DNA of 64,000 nucleotides, taken from Phoronis australis. Taxonomy: Eukaryota; Animalia; Phoronida. Below, piece after piece: positions 54,495-64,000 of the stretch; position 1 is the first letter of the stretch; every line of letters begins with the position of its first letter. The position numbers were made by a program, and so were the translations under genes. A model generated the notes under the pieces. The model worked only from the letters and a program-made list of their open reading frames with translations. It ran no database searches and was not told where the DNA came from. The stretch covers positions 278,175 to 342,174 of the forward strand of contig NMRA01000286.1 of assembly GCA_002633005.1 (NCBI GenBank), given 5' to 3'.

Positions 54495-56001
54495 GGGATA
54501 CTTCTTTCCTATGATTTTTCGTTTATTAGATTAGCATTTTCTTACCTACTTCCGTGTACTGAAATCATTTGTTCTCTTCCCTGTGTGGGTTTATTGCATC
54601 CGATTGGTCAGAACGTAAATAGCAACATCTGTCTGGATTGCATAATTGCAGGGATATTTTACAGCCAGATTGTGTAATATTACGATATATTGTTAGTTTT
54701 CATGCTGCATTTTAGCCAAGCAGAATACAGAATTATCAGTGTTCATGTAATGACACAGTGGCATTTCCTTGTTACTTCAACAACACGGGGTGTGGCGTTG
54801 CTACCCCGATCTTTTAATTTAACTGTGCTCCACATGGTTTTTGTAGAGGTCTTTGCCTCTGAGCTTGCCCAGGGGAGGGTTACTCCATAACACCAGCAAT
54901 AAATGATTTTCAGTTTCACATTATAAGAATTTTAATGGGAAATTGATTGAAATTGGTAAACAGTGAAGCGCTTTATGTTTGCATTATTGGCTGTTAAGAA
55001 AACAATTAAATAAATGTGATTGTGTAGAATTATAAACTATAATTGAGGAAAACGATTCATTTCTCAACATGTTCAATAACGAGATTACACATCTTTTGAC
55101 ATTGAAAGACAATATCGAAAAATTATCGTACATTATTCTGTAAAACTCACACATAAAGAATCCTTCACCATAGTACAAAACTAAACTAAACTACAAAACA
55201 CTCACTTACATCCAGAAGCAGTTTGACAAACAAAAGTAATAAAATCAAAATACATCAGACTATCTTTACAATCATACTATTCATTTTAAAATTATGAGTC
55301 TCATGAGGTGACAATAATGTAAGTACCAATTCAATGAGGTAATGCCAATGATAATGATTCATGATAAGGTTATGAATATCACACTTCTTAATTCATATTC
55401 ATGATGGCTTCTCTTTACAACCATGTTTTAGATGTTTAACTTCACCAGGCCAGTCAAGCAACCACGAATTTATAGCTTTTCAACAATGGCGTGCTTCCAC
55501 AAACGCATGACACCCTAAACAGCAAGGTCATTTCTGATTGAAAAAATATGTCACTTAGATAAATACCCAGAGCAAACAGTGCAAATTTCCCCCGCTTTGT
55601 GCACAATGTAAGTGGAAGTGAACACAAAAATGTGCAAGGAGGACCAGTATCTTTCACAGTCTGTACCTTGTACTCTTACATCGACATCCATATTCATTGG
55701 TTTTGTAGCATTGATGTTTTAAATCTTGCTCAAATCAACTCTCTTTGATTTGCCACATTAGGTTAGGTCCCACGCTGCTTGGCTCAGAAGTTATTTTCAG
55801 AAAACAGTCACTGAGTTCAAACTGGAGGCAATGAGTGACTGGTCAGGCATAAATGCAATCTCCAACAGAGTGTAGAGCAGGCAAGTGGGGAGGCAGAAAT
55901 AATCCAATTTCACTTAATTGACTTTTCAGTACAAATACAACAATGGGCTGCAAGCCACAGTCTGTGACAATCCTCTACTATGACGTTGTGCAGTAATTTG
56001 C

Positions 56002-59000
56002 CTAGTGAAACCTATATTGTTTAGCTGGCTTTAAGTTAATGTATGTCTTCTTCATTTCATCAGTCATTTCTTTCTTTACTTCGCTGAACCTCTCGCCCTT
56101 TGTACTGACCACCTGACCCTCTCGGTAGCGAATCATCTTCTTCGCATCCTAGATGAATGAATCAATAAAAACAAAGTACAGTTTCAACCAACAAGCTTTG
56201 TATTTGGAAATCACTTCAAATGGTACCTTCAAACAGTCGGTCAAGTCAATATCCTGACTAATCTAACCACCAAAATCACTTCAAATGATACCTTCAAACA
56301 GTCGGTCAAGTCAATATCCTGACTAATCTAAACACCAAAATCACTTCAAATGGTACCTTCAAACAGTCGGTCAAGTCAATATCCTGACTAATCTAACCAC
56401 CAAAATCACTTCAAATGGTACCTTCAAACAGTCGGTCAAGTCAATATCCTGACTAATCTAACCACCAAAATCACTTCAAATGGTACCTTCAAACAGTCGG
56501 TCAAGTCAATATCCTGACTAATCTAACCACCAAAATTAAAAGATATTCTATTTCGGTCAAAAAGTAAATGCTAAACTTAACACTTTTCTTATTTTTCAAA
56601 CACTAACATTGGTGAAAATGTTCAATGCTAGCAAAGTGAAATTTTCTTAAGTTCTGTTGAGAAATTTTGACAAAATGAAATTTCTTTTGCCTGCCATATT
56701 GTGTCTTAAACTGGAGATTTTTTCGTAGCTTTGACGTCATAACACCAGGTAATCTTATACTTTGTATCTTTTTTCCAACAATTTGTTGTAGCTTTACAGA
56801 GCTTTGACTGACCATGAGGCTAATGTTTGTGCAACAAAAACTTGATAGATTTCTGTGATGTTCGACATTGGGCAGGCTCATTATTGAGCTTGTAAGATGC
56901 AACCTCTGGTAAACCTGTCAGTGAGGAATTATGTAAAGCGCTATAATTTGTTACCGGGGTAATTCAAATTGACAGTTTTGATTTTTTGCAAAAGTCACAC
57001 ATGTAACATGAAATAGTGATAAATTTGCAAGAATTAAATACATACTTGTGATTTTCCCATGGATTCCTAAACAGAACAAAGTTGAAAATCACGCTTTTAG
57101 CTTTTAAATTAATGACCATCCACAAGACCAGCTGTTGCTGCTTTAAATGAAATATACAATTTCATGATGAAGAACATTTTGTAAATTGTGACTCCATGAT
57201 ATTTGTGAATACTTTGCAAAGCACTGATTTCGGTGTGAAGTGATTATAAGAATGTTTATAAAGTTTGAAAGGATATCGGTTTTACCGCCAAAAAACATAT
57301 TTTTCTGATTACTGTTGGATGGGATAGACTTCTTGAAGTTATTACCTTCGACCAAAGTTATAAAACAGCAAAATCCATTGTTTTTTGATAACATTACAAA
57401 TCGCCAATTTTCACCATTGTCTGCCAGACATTTGCTGAAATCAAGGCTAGTGTCTTTATGATTTAAATACTCTTAATACACTCTGCTACAAAACAGAGGC
57501 AGAGCATTCAGCTGAGCTACTATGAGATAGCAGATTTGATTCCGCACAACAACTAATTTCAGTAAAACTGATTTTCTTTCCGAGAACCTCCCTTTAAACC
57601 AGACAAACATTCTTTTACTGTTTGTCTTTAGTAATAAATTTCTAGCCTTTGTACTAAATTACCTTGGTTTTCAGAACAGGTCGGTGTGTTTTCTTGTCTT
57701 CATCAGTGTCTACGTATGCATATCGGTCAACAATGTGCTGCTTAGAAACCTTTCCATTGTCAAGTTCTGATAGAGACTTGTGTCTTACTCTTGGAACCTT
57801 AAAGTAATAGACAGATAGTCAGTTCACACATCGGCAAAATGTAGTCAGTTTCACCAGTTAAAAGTCCCTCAAAAACACAGCTGATGTGAATGATTGCAAA
57901 ATGTAGTCAGTTTCACCTATTAAAAGTTACTCAAAAACAAAGCTGATAGGAATGATTGCAAAATGAAGTCAGTTTCACCTATTAAAAGTCGCTCAGAAAC
58001 ACAGCTGATGTGAATGATTGCAAAATGTAGTCAGTTTCACCTATTAAAAGTCGCTCAAAACACAGCTGATGTGAATGATTGCAAACTGTAGTCAGTTTCA
58101 CCTATTAAAAGTTGCTCAAAAACAAAGCTGATATGAATGATTGCAAAATCCATTTCTGCCAACTTCAGACACTATTTACTCAGATTGGAAAAAGCTCACC
58201 ATGACATTTCAATTTATGAAACCGGTATTGCCTAATAAAAGTATTTAGTTAAGCGCTGTTTTCTACCGTTTTTGGTGCAAACATGATGAAAATACAAAGA
58301 ATTTCCAAAAGAACCCTCACCAAGTAACATCTCCAAAGAGAAGAGGTTTGAAAAAGCCACTGAGGGGACTCTTTTGTCATCATTTTGCACACACACGTGA
58401 ATGAAAAATGTGCAAGGTGTCATCAATTGCTCAATTTTTACTCTAAAAATATTTGAAGTTTATTACTTGCACAGAAAGACTTCACAGGACTTTTCTTATG
58501 GTAGCTTATCTGCCGACAAAGCAAATCAAGGTGGAATTTCAAGTTCATGACCAATCAGAGCACAGCGGTTAGCAATACAAGCTTTTGAAAGGTACCGGGG
58601 TCAACAACAAAAAAATTCCCAAATAGCCCCAGTACATTTTTGTGATGAAGGAGACCTTTGGGGGCTTTTCTGAACATAAAATGACATTTAAGTGAAAATC
58701 TATAATTTATCTTAGCTTGCAAACAAATCACAACTGAAACAAAAACTTCCACAATTTTATGTTCTGGTGTTTCCCTCCATTTCACAATAACAAATGCCTG
58801 TCAGTGAGTTACCACTGGATCATAACCCAAGATGCACTACCATTTAAATCATGCAACATCCTCAAATAGATCCAATGGTTCAGACTCACTTTAGACTTCT
58901 CCTTGAAGGCTTCCCCACTTTCTAGCCTGTCTAGTATCAGCTGCACCGCCTCCTCTGGGTTGCCGTTGGTAACACTCAAACAATGCTTAACCTCAATACT

Positions 59001-62000
59001 ACATGCATTAGGGAACATGTCTTGCAGCATTTTGACTCGTTCATCCAATTCTGGGTCGCACTCCGCCTTCAAAGAAACACATTGCAAAGGTTGTTCGGTT
59101 TTCTTTCCTCACAATGCACTCATGATTATATTCAATACACAGCTTTTTCACACCTAAGTTTTGGACCAAATGCAACTTTCCGCCAGACTGTGATACAGAT
59201 CTAAAACGTCTGCTATCCAAAAAATCNAATACATGTTTGATTCAATTCTAATTATGAGAAAAAAGGTCACCTTACATTAACCTACAACCACTAAATACTC
59301 CTTATGCTTTGATTAATATGGAAACAGACTTGCGTTGTCTTCCAATCACTCTATCACACTCATCTGGCCTACTCATGATATTGAATGAGACTGATAATGA
59401 TACTAAAAGTGATACTAATAATGGGGCATTTGTTACAGAGAATATAATATTTTAAGAAATTTGGTATACAGTACATAACTCTACCTGGGCTACCTCCGAT
59501 GGTGACACTAAAGGGCTCTCCCCTTCTGAATCTTTTCTGTTCTTGGGTTCAACAAAGTTAAAGAATGGTTTTGCAGCTGAGCTCACTTCTGGAGATGAGT
59601 CAGCCTCAGCCTCACAGTCTTCCCCGTTGTCACTGAGACGAGAAGCCAACTCAAACATCCACTCACTGACTTGTTCACTGAAATGACAGCCATAGCAACA
59701 ATGACAAAACTGTGTGTTTGTATATGAACAATAGTGATACTGGATGATACTAAACATCCTGTCTTAGACATAACCATGGATGTTTCCAACCATATTGACA
59801 GCACAAAGTTTGGATATCAGTAGCCAGTAAGTGAATTTTATGCATTTTGGAAGCTGACAATCTTCACAGATGGGTGCCACAAATACATGGGCATTTCAAT
59901 AGAACTAAAAGTATCAGCAGTTATGGACAAGCAACTATGTTGGCATGAGGGCATACAAGTGAAATGTTGGACAATCTAGAAGTCAGGATTTAGGTGACCA
60001 TGGGCATTATCCTACACTGAAATGATACACTGTGTGTTAAGAAGTGAAGTGCTGGCTTTATAGCACTGGTTGAATTAGTTCTTGTGTTGAAATTAATAAC
60101 CAGAAGTGACCAATCATGGCTATTTTCAAGTTCTGTGGTCATGTCTATCACATCCATAGCTGCAACTCAAAACAAATGTGGCCATGTTCAAGTGGCATGT
60201 GCATATCCATGGTTACACAACTGTAGTGACCTCCCATCACACCGCACTCACTCCAAAATTTCCAATGGCGTGAAGTGCGTCAGCCATAGTTTAACATAAA
60301 AGGGATGCTGACGTTTCAAGAACCTAAAAAACAGCCAGTTGGGAATTATTTCATCCTTTCAATAGGCATAAACTATGCTTACTTTTGGATGCCTCCAAAA
60401 CCAGGCAGGTAAGCCTCCATCATCTCTGTGAACTGATCAACATCGAGGTTCTCTTCCGAACTTCCAAGTTCACCCAGATCCTCAAGAACACCAACCATGT
60501 AACTCAGTACAATGTCATCTATGGCGCTGAAATCGATGACGTTACAAAAAAATAGTTACCCATCTTGTACGGAAACCTTCCTTAACAGTCTATGTACAAT
60601 GAAGATTTCATTAAATTCCAACAAAAATAATAAATTACTGACATTTTTTCCATTTTTTCAAAAGCTCACTGCACTGCTAAAAATGCTCAAAATTTCATTC
60701 TGAGTTTGTTTATGACAGCTCTACAATAGAAACTGCACAAACAACAAAGTAAAGTTTTTTGCTGCTACATGTTCATTGAAAATTTCGATAAAATGAATTT
60801 CGCCGTTCTGCCACATTGTGTTCTAAATTAAAGAAAATTTGCGCCATACAAAGTTCGTCTCCTTGGTTCCAAGACCAACGGTATATGAAACTTGATTCCA
60901 TTCTTTAAGTAATGAGAGTACAGCAATTTGTACACAACCGAAAAACCATGAAAACAGCAGAACGGTTTAACATGTAAAATTAGGAACATTAACTCGACTT
61001 CTTAAACACCCATGCAGTGACTATTACGACAAGTCATTTCAACACTTATACTATACTGACATTAGAGGAACAAGTGCTGTGAATTCGCCACGCAGCTCAA
61101 GAACGAGAGTGATGTCATATTGATGAAGAAATATAAAATGCGCTTAAATGGACTCATTTGATTAAATGCGAAGGCAACCTTTTTTCATGTCAGTTTTAGC
61201 AAAAATAAGTTCGTTGGTTACCCTAGACATATTTTCAACTTAATTACAGCTTTTCGTAATTTAATTAATTATTTGTTCTCTACTCTGGAAGTGACGTTTT
61301 GGGAGGCAAGAATTTCGCGACAATTTCTTTTCATATAGTCTGACTATGAGAGCTTTCGAGTCAGTCATTGATCTACCTCGGTTGTGATAAGTTAGGTCGT
61401 CGTTTGCTTTTGTTTACGTGTCAGTCAACATGCCACACTGTTGCTGTGTACCGGGATGTACTCATTATGGCCCAAAGCCTGTAAGCAGCCCTGCTGCGAT
61501 GTTGAGTAATCACTGGGAGTGAATACAGGTCCAGTCAGTGAAGAGTACAGTTTGTCGTTCAATGAACAGATCGGTGAGCCAAACTTTGATAAGTTTATTG
61601 TGGACTTGTCTAAAGTATTGGAGCTATTTAAAAGGTGCCAGGTGTGTGGCGAGGGAGTCACACGGCGGGGTGTAAGCAGTTTGTGTGCTCAGGTCACTAT
61701 CCAGTGGGAGTGTGTCGCGGTACACTCGGGCAAGTGGGACAGTTGTTCTTCTGTTCATGAGACGATAATGAGTACATCCCGGTACGCAGCAACAGTGTGG
61801 CATGTTGACTGACTCGTAAACAATAGCAAACGACGACCGAACTTATCACAACCGAGATAGAACAATGACTGACTCGGCAGCTCTCACAGTCGTACTATAT
61901 GAAAAGAAATTGGCGCGAAATGCTTGCCTCCCAAAACGTCACTTCCGGAGTAGAGAACGAATAATTAACTAAATTACGAAAAGCTGTAATTAAGTGGAAA

Positions 62001-62250
62001 ATATGTCTGGGATAACCAACGAACCTTATTTTTGCTAAAAAAGACATGAAAAAGGGTTGCCTTTGCCTTTAAGCGACGTGCAAACAGGGGCAAGTACCAT
62101 TCCTCAAGGGGTTGTGGGTTCGAATGCCGCTCATGCAGCGGTGCAAATGGATTTGCTCTTGAGGTTGTTAATACACTACCTTACTGAGATGTCTGGATCA
62201 TGTCTCTGAAGAAACTCCTCCAAAGACCTTTTAACAATCGCCTCAGTCAT
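56002..62250 (-). CDS. CUEDC2: CUE domain-containing protein 2, 6 coding exons, about 288 aa
   Basis: Exons (minus): 62250-62180, 60526-60383, 59677-59485, 59066-58890, 57797-57663, 56148-56002; phases consistent, 867 nt. Translation: [42 protein letters not shown]...[15 protein letters not shown] domain MLQDMFPN...EEAVQLIL, C-terminus [22 protein letters not shown]...[17 protein letters not shown], which closely matches the CUEDC2 C-terminus as I recall it. An acceptor at 62302 implies an upstream 5'UTR exon. Confidence 0.93.
56208..56535. repeat. 65-bp minisatellite, 5 near-identical units, last CUEDC2 intron
   Basis: TCACTTCAAAT at 56211, 56276, 56341, 56406, 56471. Confidence 0.95.
57834..58149. 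repeat. 62-bp minisatellite, about 5 units, CUEDC2 intron
   Basis: G.AGTCAGTTTCACC at 57841, 57903, 57965, 58027, 58088. Confidence 0.92.
61166..62068 (+). mobile_element. Second, internally deleted copy of the same Kolobok-like element, in the CUEDC2 intron following the ATG exon
   Basis: TTAA at 61162-61165 and 62069-62072; same long inverted ends as 11124-12465. At ~61468 the THAP start joins directly to sequence equivalent to ~11875. Confidence 0.8.
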
Positions 62251-62495
62251 TGCCTCAACTTTACATCATTACTAAGCACCAGCACAGTTAAACTAGAACT
62301 CCTGAAAATGTACAGCGCAGAATACACAACTTGTTATCTGACTAAATCTTATATCTACAAGAGGTTAACTGATTTTTGATTTCTCATTTCCAGTGTCATT
62401 CAACCAAAAAGAATGTGGTCAGTACTAGTAGATCCCTAGGGCAGGGCAGTCACAAGAAATTTGGGTACGCATGTTTCAATAGTTTCAAGTGAAAG

Positions 62496-62651
62496 CAGTG
62501 TTGTAGCGGTAAAATTAGCGGTAAGTAGGCGCCCAAAGCCCATCGTATCACCTTGAGCACTGAATGTAGGTTACGGAGCGAAGGTGCTACCTTCAAATGC
62601 CAAAAGTTGGTTGGCTGCGCCTACGTGCGCCTATGCCCCACTACAGCACTG
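62496..62651. mobile_element. hAT-type MITE
   Basis: CAGTGTTGTAG...CTACAGCACTG; 8-bp flanks AGTGAAAG and CATGAAAG match at 6 of 8 positions. Confidence 0.5.
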
Positions 62652-63554
62652 CATGAAAGTGTCACCTCAGGCCTGGGCACTTTAGAAATGTAGAGCACAA
62701 TTTTGACAACAAGGGGCTATTTTAATCAATGTGCCAATATGTACCTAGGCCTCAAAAGCCCAGTCGCCAGCTGGGTGACCCAGTAAAACAAATCACCCAG
62801 CCAAAATTTAGGGTCACCAAGTTTTTAAACAGTGTTAAAACTATAGTGGGCTTTTGAAGACTCAAGTCTCATTTTGAACTGGCAGAGTCGACAACACTGC
62901 TGCCAAATATTAATCAAAGCCATTTGTTTATTGGGAGATGACGCCAGCTAGTCATCTATAACTGAGAATTCCCATTCTATCCAGAGAAATGCACTTTACG
63001 CATATCCCTACGACGCAGATGATAAATTGATCGAACTGCCTCTCTGAAACACACACTGACTCAAATTTTATTTAAATCCTGTCGAGGTTTGGGATTGGGC
63101 ACTGACACTCTTTGACCTTACTTGAATGACGGTAGTGGGAAAAATCAAGATCACTCTTCACATTCACTCAAATCCTGATGCTGCAGGAATGTGCGTTTAG
63201 AACATGGTACACTGATGGTATTACTGATTCCATAAAAAGTTCTTTACGACATAACACGAGGTAAAACTAAACATGTTTGTTCTCACAGCCTGCCCTAGAA
63301 CATTAGGCGTTACATCCCAATTCCCAATCAGCAACTATGAATGCTTCTACCTCATACACTTCTTTAAGGGATTCCTTTTTGAAACATACCAAAAGTTTCT
63401 GGCGATTGCTCTGCATCCCCCAATAAGAAATCTTAGATAAATTTACATTGTCAAAACTTCAAGAATCAAAACTTTTCAAAAAATAAAAATGAGCAAATAT
63501 ATGTTATTCAGTTGGTAAAGATGACACTATATTATATATAGCACATATTCTAGG

Positions 63555-63700
63555 TAAAAGTTCAGTAAACGGGTCCCTCTTCAAAATGGCTTTTGGGAAC
63601 CAGTTTTCACTGAATAATGGACATTGTCATATTTTACTCATTAAAAACTGGTTCCCGGTACCCATTTTGAAGACGGACCCGTTCACTCGACTTACACCCA
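63555..63700. mobile_element. Fold-back MITE / long hairpin
   Basis: AACGGGTCCCTCTTCAAAATGG..GGGAACCAGTTTT pairs with AAAACTGGTTCCC..CCATTTTGAAGACGGACCCGTT. Confidence 0.65.
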
Positions 63701-64000
63701 AATTCTACACATCTTCTCACTGAGAACTGTGCTAGTAGTAGGATTAGAGAGTGTGGTCACTTTCTTTAGCCAAGAACTTAGAAGTAGTACTGTACGGGTA
63801 GGTTAAAAACTGACCAGCCCATAGTTCCACAGATGCTGACTCTGTCTATAGTACTACAGATGCGATCTCACCAATCTGACCAAGCCACGGCACTAATCCT
63901 GCTAATGCTAATATAGTATTAATAGCAAGTACTTAGTCTTAATTAAGTTAGTGAGTAACTAATTATTTACAAATTATGACACTTGAAATGGGGTCGCAAT

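Noticed and set aside
59067-59110. Extending CUEDC2 exon 4 upstream to the ORF-track start at 59087
   Set aside because: An in-frame TGA lies at 59111-59109, and a better acceptor (TTTCTTTGAAG) at 59067 gives the correct phase.
2402-62250. PDE3, MAN2C1 and CUEDC2 as a functional cluster
   Set aside because: No shared pathway or conserved linkage known to me; gene neighbourhood alone is weak evidence in animals.

Overview
AT-rich, intron-rich genomic DNA from an invertebrate animal (the repeat landscape resembles a mollusc or other lophotrochozoan; this is inference). It is not prokaryotic, and most ORFs in the supplied track are spurious. Three spliced genes can be built by hand: (1) the first coding exon of a PDE3 cGMP-inhibited phosphodiesterase (minus strand, continuing off the left edge); (2) a complete 29-exon cytosolic alpha-mannosidase MAN2C1 (plus strand, 21084-52393, 1055 aa), with one GC-AG intron and exons 12-13 present twice across an N-gap; (3) a complete 6-exon CUEDC2 (minus strand, 62250-56002, about 288 aa), convergent with MAN2C1. 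The rest is mostly mobile DNA: two TTAA-flanked, THAP-derived Kolobok-like elements with very long fold-back ends, a decayed RTEX-like LINE, Helentron-type (HINE) elements carrying higher-order repeats, many hairpin MITEs, tRNA-derived SINE heads and several minisatellites, one of which multiplies a MAN2C1 splice donor. I found no clearly new multi-gene system; the most unusual items are structural.
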